A stretch of 64,000 nucleotides of DNA, taken from the NCBI GenBank assembly GCA_019358915.1, contig JAHHIM010000003.1, positions 1 through 64,000 of the forward strand, read 5' to 3'. The stretch is from Trichormus sp. ATA11-4-KO1 (lineage in GTDB: Bacteria; Cyanobacteriota; Cyanobacteriia; Cyanobacteriales; Nostocaceae). The translations under genes were made by a program, and so were the position numbers. Under the pieces are notes generated by a model. The model had not been told where the DNA came from. It ran no database searches and saw nothing but the letters and a program-made list of their open reading frames with translations. Each line of letters starts with the position of its first letter. Position 1 is the stretch's first letter. Shown one piece after another: positions 52,199 through 62,136 of this stretch.

Positions 52199-52276
52199 TC
52201 CGATTCAGCAACACTAAATTAAACTAACAAACCGAAAAAAATCATATTTTCACTTAAATTCAATTCAAGAGAAGAA

Positions 52277-52638
52277 GACATAAATACAGGAATTATGTCT
52301 AAAAATTCTCTCTTAAAGACTTGATTTTTTAAGGTTAGTCATAAAAAATAAAGATAACCTCTAACAAGTTGTAGTCCATCTTGTTAAGAACCTAACCTTA
52401 TCCAATTTTACAAGTCCGCCCCTGCGGACTTTATTTATTTGTAGTCAAACTTTATAGTTTACCGTATGGAGATCAATCCAAATATGACATAAGGAATTAT
52501 GTCTAAATATTTCATTTCATAGGCTTGATTTTTGCAATTTAATCGTAAAAAATAAAGATGCCATCTGACATAATTGTTGCCAATACAAGTAACAATTAAC
52601 CCTTATAGTGTGTGTCCGCTTTAGCGGACTTTATTTTT
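52277..52638 (+). repeat. Two diverged ~204-bp direct repeats, candidate small RNA genes
   Basis: GGAATTATGTCTAAA at 52289 and 52493; TTGATT-N15-TAAAAAATAAAGAT at 52321 and 52525; GTCCGC-N4-GCGGACTTTATTT at 52414 and 52614. Confidence 0.7.
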
Positions 52639-52646
52639 GCCATAAT

Positions 52647-54011
52647 TTAGCCAATTTGGCTGGGAAATTCGGCGCGAAACTGATTGACAACACGATCTAG
52701 TCCCACGGAATGAGCGGCTTTGAACAATAAGCGATCGCCTGCTTGGACAAATGTTTTTAATCTCGCCAGCAAATCGGCATGAGTAGCAAAGCACTCCGAT
52801 GGAATCCCCTCGGCACTCTTGGCGATCGCTTCGGCATCTTGTCCATCCACTAAAACTAGCAAACCGTCTAATTGCAACTTTTGCACTGTTTCGCCCACTC
52901 TTTGGTGTAATTGCGGCGATCGCTCTCCCAATTCTTTCATTGCACCCAACACAGCAATTTTGCGCTTTCCGGGTGTATCTGCCAATAACTGCAAGGCAGC
53001 TACCATAGCTTCTGGTGCAGCATTATAAGTCTCATCTAAGATTAATACATCATTGGGCAAGGTGAACCGTTGCGATCGCCCCGTGGGCATATTCACCATG
53101 AAACCACTTTGTAAGTTTGACCAATCAATGCCCAAAACCTTAGCCACAGCTAAAGCCGCCAAGAAATTAGTGGCATTATGACGACCAGGCAGAGGTAAAG
53201 GTAGCTGCATTCCCTCAACTTCTATAGTTTCGTGATTGATCAGTGACCCTTGGATGTCGCCACCCGCAAGACCATAACTTAAAACTTTCCCCGACCAAAC
53301 TTGTTGCGCCGTAGCCATTAATAGGGGATTGTCATAATTGAGAATCGCCACACTATCTTGGGGCATTTCGGCTAATAACTCACATTTAGCCTGAGCGATC
53401 GCCGCTTCTGATCCCAGTAACTCAATATGCGCCGTTCCCACATTGGTAATTACCCCTATGGTCGGACGTGCTATTTGTGTGAGTTCGGCAATTTGTCCCT
53501 GACCCCGCATCGCCATTTCAATCACGGCGTAGTCATGTTCTGCATCCAGTTCTAACAAAGTTTTGGGAACACCGATTTCATTATTGAAATTCCCAAAAGT
53601 CTTGTGAACTTGTCCCTTGGTTGCCAAAACTGCGGCGATCAGTTCCTTAGTTGTAGTTTTACCTACAGAACCCGTGATCCCAATCACAGGAATATGCCAG
53701 CGATCGCGCCACCATCTGCCAATTTTTTGATATGCCTCTAAGGTGTTTCTCACCCGTAATCCAGGTAACCCTGGATTTTCGTAAGCATCATCGACAATTG
53801 CGGCAATAGCACCAGAGGCGATCGCTTTGGGGACAAATTCGTGTCCATCAAAATTTTCCCCTCGGAAAGCTAAGAAAACTTCACCCGGTTTGAGTATCCG
53901 AGTGTCTGTTTGGATAGCACTACCTACTTGTGCTAAAGCCGCCTCAGATAAATTTACAGGCTGTGCCGCAAGAACTTCTATTAATTGGGTGAGGGTGGCA
54001 GAACAAGACAT
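52647..54011 (-). CDS. murF: UDP-N-acetylmuramoyl-tripeptide--D-Ala-D-Ala ligase
   Basis: TDTR, GITGSVGKTTTKE, GNFNNEIGVP, TNVGTAH, DETYNAAP, LGAMKELG. Confidence 0.97.
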   Translation of the reverse strand: MSCSATLTQLIEVLAAQPVNLSEAALAQVGSAIQTDTRILKPGEVFLAFRGENFDGHEFVPKAIASGAIAAIVDDAYENPGLPGLRVRNTLEAYQKIGRWWRDRWHIPVIGITGSVGKTTTKELIAAVLATKGQVHKTFGNFNNEIGVPKTLLELDAEHDYAVIEMAMRGQGQIAELTQIARPTIGVITNVGTAHIELLGSEAAIAQAKCELLAEMPQDSVAILNYDNPLLMATAQQVWSGKVLSYGLAGGDIQGSLINHETIEVEGMQLPLPLPGRHNATNFLAALAVAKVLGIDWSNLQSGFMVNMPTGRSQRFTLPNDVLILDETYNAAPEAMVAALQLLADTPGKRKIAVLGAMKELGERSPQLHQRVGETVQKLQLDGLLVLVDGQDAEAIAKSAEGIPSECFATHADLLARLKTFVQAGDRLLFKAAHSVGLDRVVNQFRAEFPSQIG

Positions 54012-54297
54012 AATAGTCGAACTAATTTTTCAGATAAATTAATTAAATTCGCGAAATACAAAGTATACAAATTTTCTGGCGCTTACTCCCACAATTCTTG
54101 TAGAAAAAATATCCAGTAATTCAGCTATTAAGTTGTTTAAGTTTATACTCTTCTTTGAACTTTGTCGTCACTTAAAAACTATACCGTTTAGTTAGTAGTT
54201 GGTTACAGTTTTAGTAACACGACCGTTAGCTTTGTGATATCTGTGCATAAAATGATTGCGGTTAAAGACGGACTGTTCAGTTGAGGTTAATTTCATA

Positions 54298-55026
54298 ATG
54301 AAGGGAAAATATTTGACCCTGATTGGTACAGCTTTAACATTGGCATTAACTACCAATGTTGCTGTTGCTGAATCAAAAGACCCATCGACTAGTTCAGCAA
54401 AAGAAATCGAGATGTCACCAGAAGGGCTAAAAATTCTGTGTGAGGAATCCCCGCTCAATTCCCGTTGTCCAGGTGGTACACCAATTTCACCCAGCACCGA
54501 CTCTGGCAACCCGACCACACCCGGCACTATTACCACACCAGAGTCGGAAATTCCCGCCAACCCGACTGCACCCGGCAGCATCACCACACCAGAGTCGGAA
54601 ATTCCCGCCAACCCGACTGCACCCGGCAGCATCACCACACCAGAGTCGGAGATGCCAGATAACCCGACTGTACCCGGCAGCATCACCACACCAGAGTCGG
54701 AAATTCCCGCCAACCCAACCGCACCCGGCAGCATCACCACACCAGAGTCGGAAATTCCCGCCAACCCAACCGCACCCGGCAGCATCACCACACCAGAGTC
54801 GGAGATGCCAGATAACCCAACCGTACCCGGCAGCATCACCCCACCAGAGTCGGAAATTCCCGCCAACCCAACCGCACCCGGCAGCATCACCCCACCAGAG
54901 TCGGAAATTCCCGCCAACCCAACCGCACCCGGCAGCATCACCCCACCAGAGTCGGAAATTCCCGCCAACCAGACTCAACCAGTTCCAGATTCTGGTTTGC
55001 CACAAAATCCCACTTTGGGTAATTAA
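54298..55026 (+). CDS. Secreted Pro/Thr-rich repeat protein
   Basis: Signal peptide MKGKYL...VAVA-E, LCEESPLNSRC motif, nine 17-aa repeats. Confidence 0.8.
   Translation: MKGKYLTLIGTALTLALTTNVAVAESKDPSTSSAKEIEMSPEGLKILCEESPLNSRCPGGTPISPSTDSGNPTTPGTITTPESEIPANPTAPGSITTPESEIPANPTAPGSITTPESEMPDNPTVPGSITTPESEIPANPTAPGSITTPESEIPANPTAPGSITTPESEMPDNPTVPGSITPPESEIPANPTAPGSITPPESEIPANPTAPGSITPPESEIPANQTQPVPDSGLPQNPTLGN
54508..54966 (+). repeat. Intragenic tandem repeat, 9 x 51 bp
   Basis: Unit encodes NPTAPGSITTPESEIPA; variant MPD/TV units occur every third copy. Confidence 0.95.
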
Positions 55027-55166
55027 AAGCTTAGTTTAGTACTGCACTGCTCAGATCGGTTTCGCAGAATTCTGTAAACACCAATTGCACATTCGGGATG
55101 CTCCCAAAAACAGTGCCAAAGAAGTCTAGTTTCTTTGGCACCATGAAAAACAACAAGAATATGTGA

Positions 55167-57050
55167 TTATTTGCTTTCTACAAAATCAGCATCAATCACA
55201 TCTTCACCTTCGCCACCTGCACCGCGATCGCCTTTTGGCTGTTCACCTGCTTGGCTATAGACAGCACTACCAATTTGCATCAGCGCTTGCTGCAACTCAT
55301 TAGTGAGAGACTTGATGCGATCAAAGTTATCTTGGTTAATTGCTTCTCGCAAATCGTGTACTAAGCCTTCGACACGAGTGCGATCGCCAGAATTAACTTT
55401 ATCACCCAGGTCTTTGAGCTGTTTTTCAGCTTGATAAGCCAAAGAGTCTGCCAAGTTTTTCGTATCTATTTGTTCACGACGTTTGCGGTCTTCTTCGGCG
55501 TGGGCTTCTGCATCCCGTACCATTTTTTCCACATCCCGCTTATCGAGAGTTGACGCACCTGTAATTGAAATCGATTGCTGTTTACCTGTGGCTTTATCTT
55601 TGGCAGTAACCGAGAGAATACCGTTAGCATCAATGTCGAAAGTAACTTCGATTTGTGGTACACCTCTGGGTGCTGATGGAATACCATCTAGGCGGAATGT
55701 ACCCAAACTTTTGTTATCTCTGGCTAGTTCTCTTTCACCTTGAAGAACGTGGACTTCTACATTTGTTTGACCATCCGCAGCCGTGGAGAAGATTTCCGAT
55801 TTTTTCACAGGAATGGTAGTATTGCGGCCAATAATCTTCGTCATCACGCCACCGAGAGTTTCCACGCCCAAAGACAAGGGTGTAACATCCAGCAGCAGGA
55901 TATCTTTGACCTCACCCGCTAACACACCTGCTTGAATCGATGCGCCAACAGCTACGACTTCATCAGGGTTCACCCCTTGGCAGGGGTCTTTACCAATGAT
56001 CTGCCGCACTAATTTTTGCACAGCCGGAATGCGAGTCGAACCACCCACCAATACAACTTCATCAATTTCCGCATTGGTAAGTTTGGCATCTTGCAATGCT
56101 TGTTGTACTGGTTTACGACAACGGTCGAGAAGATCTGAAGTCATCTCTTCAAATTTAGCCCGTGTCAACGTCATATCCAGGTGTTTCGGGCCGGATTGAG
56201 TGGCGGTGATAAAAGGAAGGTTGATATTAGTTTGAGTGGCGCTCGATAGTTCAATTTTGGCTTTCTCTGCTGCTTCAGTCAGTCTTTGCAGCGCTTGCTT
56301 ATCTTTACGCAGGTCAATACCTTCATTACTCTGGAACTCATGAGCCAGCCAATCTACTATCTTTTTATCGAAGTCGTCACCGCCTAAGTGGGTGTCACCA
56401 CTGGTAGATTTCACTTCAAATACGCCATCACCTACTTCCAAGATGGAAACGTCAAAAGTGCCACCACCAAGGTCAAAAACCAAAATTGTTTCATTCTGCT
56501 TTTTATCTAAACCATAGGCGAGGGCTGCTGCTGTCGGTTCATTAATAATGCGGAGGACTTCTAAGCCAGCAATTTTACCTGCGTCTTTGGTAGCTTGCCG
56601 TTGGGAGTCATTAAAATAAGCAGGAACCGTAATTACTGCTTGGGTCACTTTTTCGCCCAAATATTTGCTAGCATCATCAACTAACTTCCGCAAAACTTGG
56701 GCAGAAATTTCTTCAGGTGCAAATTGTTTACCAGCTGCGGGACAGTCAATTTTTACATTACCATTACTGTCTCGCAAAACTTTGTAACTAACTTCTGTCG
56801 TTTCATGGGTGACTTCTTCGTATTTGCGCCCAATAAACCGTTTGACAGAATAAAAAGTATTTTCTGGGTTCATCACTGCTTGGCGTCTAGCGATTTGACC
56901 CACCAAGCGTTCACCAGACTTGGTATAAGCCACCACCGAAGGAGTAACACGTTGTCCCTCAGCATTAGCAATTACCATAGGTTGCCCGCCTTCGATCACG
57001 GCAACACAAGAGTTTGTCGTTCCTAAATCAATTCCAACTACTTTTGCCAT
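55167..57050 (-). CDS. dnaK: Molecular chaperone DnaK
   Basis: [37 protein letters not shown], ends DVIDADF. Confidence 0.99.
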   Translation of the reverse strand: MAKVVGIDLGTTNSCVAVIEGGQPMVIANAEGQRVTPSVVAYTKSGERLVGQIARRQAVMNPENTFYSVKRFIGRKYEEVTHETTEVSYKVLRDSNGNVKIDCPAAGKQFAPEEISAQVLRKLVDDASKYLGEKVTQAVITVPAYFNDSQRQATKDAGKIAGLEVLRIINEPTAAALAYGLDKKQNETILVFDLGGGTFDVSILEVGDGVFEVKSTSGDTHLGGDDFDKKIVDWLAHEFQSNEGIDLRKDKQALQRLTEAAEKAKIELSSATQTNINLPFITATQSGPKHLDMTLTRAKFEEMTSDLLDRCRKPVQQALQDAKLTNAEIDEVVLVGGSTRIPAVQKLVRQIIGKDPCQGVNPDEVVAVGASIQAGVLAGEVKDILLLDVTPLSLGVETLGGVMTKIIGRNTTIPVKKSEIFSTAADGQTNVEVHVLQGERELARDNKSLGTFRLDGIPSAPRGVPQIEVTFDIDANGILSVTAKDKATGKQQSISITGASTLDKRDVEKMVRDAEAHAEEDRKRREQIDTKNLADSLAYQAEKQLKDLGDKVNSGDRTRVEGLVHDLREAINQDNFDRIKSLTNELQQALMQIGSAVYSQAGEQPKGDRGAGGEGEDVIDADFVESK

Positions 57051-57105
57051 ATGATTTTCCTCTTTCTCTTCCTCTTCAGCTTCAGCAAATATGCTTTTGA
57101 GGAAA

Positions 57106-57179
57106 GATTAGGGATTAGGTATCCAGGATTAAGAAAATTTTTGATTAATCCTCGATCCCTAGACCCTAATCCCTAATCC
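57106..57179. repeat. STRR-type heptamer repeats in inverted arrangement
   Basis: GATTAGG units facing CCCTAAT units between hsp20 and dnaK; other STRRs near 2252, 32085, 42533. Confidence 0.6.
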
Positions 57180-57674
57180 TTAGCCCAGATTAACTTTGAC
57201 GGCTTTGTGTTTTTCTGACTCAGCTTTCGGCAAACTCAAGTGGAGAATACCATTTTTGTATTCAGCTTGTACTTGGTCGTTTTGAACCATCGCAGGTAGG
57301 GGAATTACCCGTTGAAATTTGCCATAACGGAACTCAGACCGAATCACACCTTGGTCTTCAGTTCTGGCTTCAGACTTGCGTTCACCATTAATGACAACTG
57401 AATCGGGAGTCACCTCTACATCTATATCTTTGGCTTCTAAACCTGGTAATTCTAGGCTCAAGTCAATTGCATCATCAGTTTCTCTAAGTTCAGCAATGGG
57501 AACGAATGTCAATCCCCTGCTTTCACTACCATTAGTTGGTATTAACCTTTCAAACAGGCGATTCATTTGCCGTTGTAAGGTGTCAATTTCTTGCAGTGGG
57601 TCCCAACGTTCCAATCCCCGGAGTGGTTCAAAGCGTTCAATTTCCCGGAATGGTTCCCAACGAGTTAGTGCCAT
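57180..57674 (-). CDS. Small heat shock protein Hsp20
   Basis: MALTRWEPFRE repeats, ELPGL, SEFRYGKFQRVIPLP, AEYKNGIL; GAGG RBS supports the MAL start. Confidence 0.95.
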   Translation of the reverse strand: MALTRWEPFREIERFEPLRGLERWDPLQEIDTLQRQMNRLFERLIPTNGSESRGLTFVPIAELRETDDAIDLSLELPGLEAKDIDVEVTPDSVVINGERKSEARTEDQGVIRSEFRYGKFQRVIPLPAMVQNDQVQAEYKNGILHLSLPKAESEKHKAVKVNLG

Positions 57675-57835
57675 AGCTATCACCTCTAAGATGCACTGTT
57701 TGATTTTGGGAGACTCAATCTTAAGCTTCCTGGCTTGCAGACAACCAGTATTTTTTCTTTAATCAATCTCTTATCTCATGAAGCTTAATCTCAAGCTTCC
57801 TATTTAACACACTAAATCAACATTACAGTTGAGTC

Positions 57836-57876
57836 GGTTCGGTTTAGTAGGAAAGTGCGATCGCAATAACCGAACC
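57836..57876. promoter_or_regulatory. Inverted repeat upstream of hsp20-dnaK (K-box-like half-sites)
   Basis: GGTTCGGTT-N23-AACCGAACC. Confidence 0.5.
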
Positions 57877-58106
57877 AGCTGATCAGTTTTACAATTCGTT
57901 ACAAAAGGCTGTCATCAAGAATACTAGTAATTTTATCTGACTTTGTCATAACTTCCGTGGCGTAGCCATAAATTTATTTCTCATCACCGCAGAGTAGGCA
58001 AAGAAAGATGTTCATAAATTAGTTAGGCTTGTTATATAACTCCCCAAAAATAGCTTATAATACCTGAGTCTATTTTAATTTACTAGAAATTTTCTTGATT
58101 AATTGC

Positions 58107-59216
58107 ATGGCTAAAAAGTATGTAACAAACGCTTTTTTAAAAATAGAAAATTCCCAACTATATGCAATTTTTGCTTGGAGTCAGCGCACAGCAGAAATAA
58201 TTTCGGCAAAATCATGGTTAACTCTACTAGAAATTTTTGTTCATGAACATTCTCTGGAAAAAGCCTATGAAATATTTCAAAAAATTAAATCATCTGCTAT
58301 TACAGACCAAGATAAATTGATTGCACTAGATAAATATGACCAGTTAATTAAAGATGCAATAATATATTTAGCAGATGGCAGCGTCACAATTTTTGGTAAA
58401 GGATTTCGGAGTTTTATCGAAAAAGAGATGCAATTTGAACTTGGTTCATTAAGTCGAGAAAATTACCAAGTTTTGCAGCGATTGTTTTCTCAGTGTGAAT
58501 TAAATGATGATCTAGATTTGATTCAAAATCTAGAAGACTTCCGCAAAATAGTAGAAATATTAGAGAAGATAGGTTTACTGTCACCTGCTACTGGTTCTAT
58601 AAATTGGGGTGACTTGAAAAAAACAGTTCCTATTTGTCAGGCATTTGGATTAACTAGAGGAACACCTGTTGATAGATACTATCTCAGCAAATTCATTGCC
58701 GAAATTCGTCCGCAAATTGTCGGCAATGTGCTAGAAATTGGCGGAACGCCAAAAGATAAAGACTTTTATCAAGTTAATTCCGGGACTTCATATCAAATTC
58801 TCAATTTAGAAGCAGGCCCCGGCATTGATATAGTTGGGGATGTTCACAACGTATCAGTTATAGAACCAGCATCTTTCGATTCCATCATCATTTTCAATGT
58901 ATTAGAGCATTGCTATGCCCCTTGGATAGCAGTAGAAAATATTCACACTTGGTTAAAACCTGGCGGTAAATGTTTTGCTATGGTGCCAAGTGCCATTAGA
59001 GTTCATGCTACTCCCATGGATTATTGGCGACCTTTACCTGATGCTTTCGCCTCGATATTTAGAAACTTTTCCCAACAGAAATTATACGTCTATGGCAATC
59101 CTATAAGTGTGATTGCTAGTTATCATGGGATTGCAGTAGAAGAATTAACAACAGAAGAACTAGACGCTGTTCATCCAGATTATCCTGTCGCCACTTGTAT
59201 CATGGCTGAAAAATAA
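58107..59216 (+). CDS. Class I SAM-dependent methyltransferase with N-terminal extension
   Basis: RGTPVDRYY, VLEIGG, FDSIIIFNVLEH, LKPGG, DYWR. Confidence 0.85.
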   Translation: MAKKYVTNAFLKIENSQLYAIFAWSQRTAEIISAKSWLTLLEIFVHEHSLEKAYEIFQKIKSSAITDQDKLIALDKYDQLIKDAIIYLADGSVTIFGKGFRSFIEKEMQFELGSLSRENYQVLQRLFSQCELNDDLDLIQNLEDFRKIVEILEKIGLLSPATGSINWGDLKKTVPICQAFGLTRGTPVDRYYLSKFIAEIRPQIVGNVLEIGGTPKDKDFYQVNSGTSYQILNLEAGPGIDIVGDVHNVSVIEPASFDSIIIFNVLEHCYAPWIAVENIHTWLKPGGKCFAMVPSAIRVHATPMDYWRPLPDAFASIFRNFSQQKLYVYGNPISVIASYHGIAVEELTTEELDAVHPDYPVATCIMAEK

Positions 59217-59254
59217 ACCTAAATGTACTTTTAACGCAGAATTATTCACAATTT

Positions 59255-59917
59255 ATGAGTAGTATCAACTTTGACGTAAAACCAGAAATAACGGTTATTC
59301 TCTGTACTTATAACCGCGCAGAATACCTAAATAACTGTATTAATAGTGTTATTGATCAAACTTTTCCAGATTGGGAACTTATTGTAGTCGATGACGGTAG
59401 TCAAGATCATACTTTTGAAATTGTTAATCCATATCTGCAAAAATTCCCTAATATTCGTTATTTGAGACATCAAAATCGGAAATTAGGATACGCAAAAAAT
59501 GCGGGAATTCAAGCATCATTTGGTAATTACATCACATTTATTGATAGTGACGATGCTTACAAACCCAATCACCTAGTTTCGCGCCTAGAATATATGCAAG
59601 CCAATCCCGAAATTGACTTAATTCAAGGTGGATTTTCTTCTACAGAAGAAATTTGGGTAGCAGATTATTTTCAACCCGGAAAAACAATTAATCTGCGAGA
59701 ATGTGTTTTAGGTCCCACTTTTTTTGGTAAAAGGCATGTATTTTTTGAGTTAAAGGGATTTAATAATATTCCTTATGGAGAAGATACCGATTTTTGGGAA
59801 CGGGCAGAAAAAATCTTCCACACCCAAAAAATTAGTGAACCTCAGACTTATATTTATACCAGAGCCGAAACGAGTATTACTAAGAGCGTTTTAGAAAAAA
59901 TTTCTTCATCTAGCTAA
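59255..59917 (+). CDS. Glycosyltransferase family 2
   Basis: VILCTYNR, VVDDGSQD, FIDSDD, GEDTDFW. Confidence 0.94.
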   Translation: MSSINFDVKPEITVILCTYNRAEYLNNCINSVIDQTFPDWELIVVDDGSQDHTFEIVNPYLQKFPNIRYLRHQNRKLGYAKNAGIQASFGNYITFIDSDDAYKPNHLVSRLEYMQANPEIDLIQGGFSSTEEIWVADYFQPGKTINLRECVLGPTFFGKRHVFFELKGFNNIPYGEDTDFWERAEKIFHTQKISEPQTYIYTRAETSITKSVLEKISSSS

Positions 59918-59926
59918 TTAGTTGGT

Positions 59927-61252
59927 ATGAAAATTACTCCTTTACTACACCCAATCAGCAATTTTTTGAGTCGGTGCATTGCTTCTGCTTGGAAGCTATT
60001 AGTTCTAGGAATTGTGCTGAGTTCGTGTCTCATAGTTTTATCTGGTTGTCAAACTTCAGCACAGGAAAATGACGGAGTAATTCGCTTGACACTGTGGCAA
60101 GGAATTAATCCCCCAGCGAATCGGGATGTATTTCAAAAACTAGTAGATAAATTTAATCAGACTCATACTGATATCCAAGTAGAATCTATTTTTGCAGGTG
60201 GACTAGACCAACAATTGCCGAAAATACTCGCGGCGATTGTGGGAAATGTCCCTCCAGATATTCTGACTTTTTACCCACAAATTACAGGTCAGTTTGTCGA
60301 ACTAGATGCAATTCTACCTTTAGAAGATTGGCTGGAAAAATCACCTCTAAAATCGGAAGTTAGTCCCAATTTATTGGAGGCACTAACATTAGATAACCAT
60401 CTTTGGTCAGTGCCACTTTACACTAGTAATATTGGCATTTTTTACCGACCTGATTTGTTCCAAGCGGCGGGAATTACACAAACGCCGAAAACTTGGGATG
60501 AATTAAGAGAAACTGCGAAAAAATTGACTATAGACAAAAATGGCGATGGTCAACCCGAACAGTATGGAATGTTATTGCCATTGGGTAAAGGTGAATGGAC
60601 TGTCTTTAGTTGGTTACCTTTCTTATGGAGTGCTGGGGGTGAAATTATTAGCAATAATCGACCAAATTTGACTACTGATGCTGCTGTGACGGCTTTGCAG
60701 TTTTGGCAAGATTTGGTAAAAGATGGTTCAGCAAAATTGTCTGCACCTGAGCGGGGTTATGAAGAAGACGACTTTATTGCTGGTCGTGTTGCTATGCAGA
60801 TGACCGGCCCTTGGACTTATATCATGAAGTCTGATGTGGATTATCAAGTATTTCCTATGCCTGCTAGCGTGGAACAAGCTACGGCTATTGGCGATGGTAA
60901 TTTGTATGTCATGAAGACTACCCCGGTGAGAGAACAAGCTGCACTCAAGTTTTTAGAGTTTGTTTTGAGTGAAGAATTCCAAACACAATGGAGTATCGGG
61001 ACGGGTTTTCTGCCAGTGAATATTAAATCTACCCAAAGTGAAGCTTTTCAGGAATTCATTCAGCAAAAGCCAGTATTAAAAGTATTTCTGGAGCAAATGC
61101 CCGCAGCACGTGGACGACCAATTCTTGCTGGTTACAATAGTTTATCTGATAGTCTAGGCAGAGCGATCGAGGCCACCTTGCTGGGTGAATCTCCAGAAAA
61201 GGCTCTGAAAACAGCCCAAAAGCATTTAGACCTAATTTGGCAGAATAATTAA
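59927..61252 (+). CDS. ABC transporter carbohydrate-binding lipoprotein
   Basis: Lipobox LSGC, PPDI, FYRPDLF.AAGI...PKTWDEL, F.AGRVAM..TGPW. Confidence 0.92.
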   Translation: MKITPLLHPISNFLSRCIASAWKLLVLGIVLSSCLIVLSGCQTSAQENDGVIRLTLWQGINPPANRDVFQKLVDKFNQTHTDIQVESIFAGGLDQQLPKILAAIVGNVPPDILTFYPQITGQFVELDAILPLEDWLEKSPLKSEVSPNLLEALTLDNHLWSVPLYTSNIGIFYRPDLFQAAGITQTPKTWDELRETAKKLTIDKNGDGQPEQYGMLLPLGKGEWTVFSWLPFLWSAGGEIISNNRPNLTTDAAVTALQFWQDLVKDGSAKLSAPERGYEEDDFIAGRVAMQMTGPWTYIMKSDVDYQVFPMPASVEQATAIGDGNLYVMKTTPVREQAALKFLEFVLSEEFQTQWSIGTGFLPVNIKSTQSEAFQEFIQQKPVLKVFLEQMPAARGRPILAGYNSLSDSLGRAIEATLLGESPEKALKTAQKHLDLIWQNN

Positions 61253-61345
61253 AGGCTTGTAGTCAGGACTTTAGTCCTGTGTTATCAAGCCCCGCAAAAA
61301 AGTTACAGGCTTAACTTGTCACCAATGATACATATCCGTCGCCAA

Positions 61346-61558
61346 TTAAATTGTAAATGTCTCAAATGCCACCCGTACAGGTTCAGATGCAGCAGAGATA
61401 AAATTGAGCTTTTCAAAACCAATAACCTTTCCATCTTTATCCTTCATCAACAACACCTCATCCCCTGTTTCTTCAACCTCATATTCATCTTCAGGATTGC
61501 CAAACCAGACAACGAGAGTATTGCCAGTTTTGTCGTGAAAAACTTTTACTTGTGCCAT
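61346..61558 (-). CDS. DUF2283-like small acidic protein (putative antitoxin)
   Basis: VFHD..GNTLVVWF...LMKDKDGKVIGFE pattern; overlaps the upstream gene. Confidence 0.7.
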   Translation of the reverse strand: MAQVKVFHDKTGNTLVVWFGNPEDEYEVEETGDEVLLMKDKDGKVIGFEKLNFISAASEPVRVAFETFTI

Positions 61559-61881
61559 ATAACTTCTCCTTCTTTAATCGCACCTGTTCGATATGCCGTG
61601 ATCAAAAAGCCTTCACCGTTCAGCCGTTTAGTCACCGCACAAACCCATCGCTTCTCACCATCTGCACGATAAAACAAGTAAACTTGTTGATCGCTTTTAC
61701 TTAAACAAATTTCATCAGGTTCGTTGAGTGTAGCTTGAATATCAAGTTCCCGTCCTCGCATAATCGGGTGTTTAACGGTTGTAATGAGTTCCCAATAACT
61801 AACTGTCGTGCGGACATTAAAGCCAAGGGGAGTTTCGACTTCAAATAAAATTTTGTCATTGAGAAATTCATCAAAATTCAT
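61546..61881 (-). CDS. DUF4258-like / RelE-like putative toxin
   Basis: WE.I...KHP, L.EPD.I..S, YLFYR, GFLITAY pattern; coupled to the DUF2283-like gene. Confidence 0.65.
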   Translation of the reverse strand: MNFDEFLNDKILFEVETPLGFNVRTTVSYWELITTVKHPIMRGRELDIQATLNEPDEICLSKSDQQVYLFYRADGEKRWVCAVTKRLNGEGFLITAYRTGAIKEGEVIWHK

Positions 61882-61994
61882 CCCCGCAACTCCTCCAAAG
61901 CATCCAAATCCGCCCGAATTTCATTCTCTAAATCTCGCAGTTTCTTTAAAATTACCTTGGACGGCTCATACTTCACTTCCTCATACTCAATTTC
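61878..61994 (-). pseudogene. C-terminal remnant of a type I R-M methyltransferase subunit (HsdM-like)
   Basis: EIEYEEVKYEPSKVILKKLRDLENEIRADLDALEELRG*; TGA overlaps the ATG of the next gene; cut at a MITE. Confidence 0.6.
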
Positions 61995-61995
61995 T

Positions 61996-62098
61996 GGCGT
62001 TGCTGATTGCATGTATGAATTTGTGTCACGCAGAGGCGCAGAGAGTAAGAGTTTAAAAAATGGACTTTTTGATTTTCATACCTTGATTCAGCAATGCC
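61996..62098. mobile_element. MITE-like element (~100 bp)
   Basis: Terminal inverted repeats GGCGTTGCTGATTGCATGTATGAA / TTCATACCTTGATTCAGCAATGCC (19 of 24 match). Confidence 0.65.
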
Positions 62099-62136
62099 GA
62101 CTATGTAAAGCGGTGATCAATGTCAGATAATAGTGT

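Noticed and set aside
52295..52523. Tiny ORFs MSKNSLLKT and MSKYFIS at the start of each 204-bp repeat
   Set aside because: Only three codons are shared, lengths differ, and the AGGA is too close to the ATG; the shared bases are better explained by the palindrome.
41614..52646. T4SS-like operon as a complete integrative conjugative element
   Set aside because: No integrase, relaxase, coupling protein or flanking direct repeats found; flanks are ordinary chromosomal genes.
54192..55039. Long overlapping ORFs in other frames and strands over the 51-bp repeat; possible CRISPR array
   Set aside because: The repeat unit lacks stops in several frames, which explains the shadow ORFs. There are no unique spacers or cas genes, and only the 54298 frame has a signal peptide.
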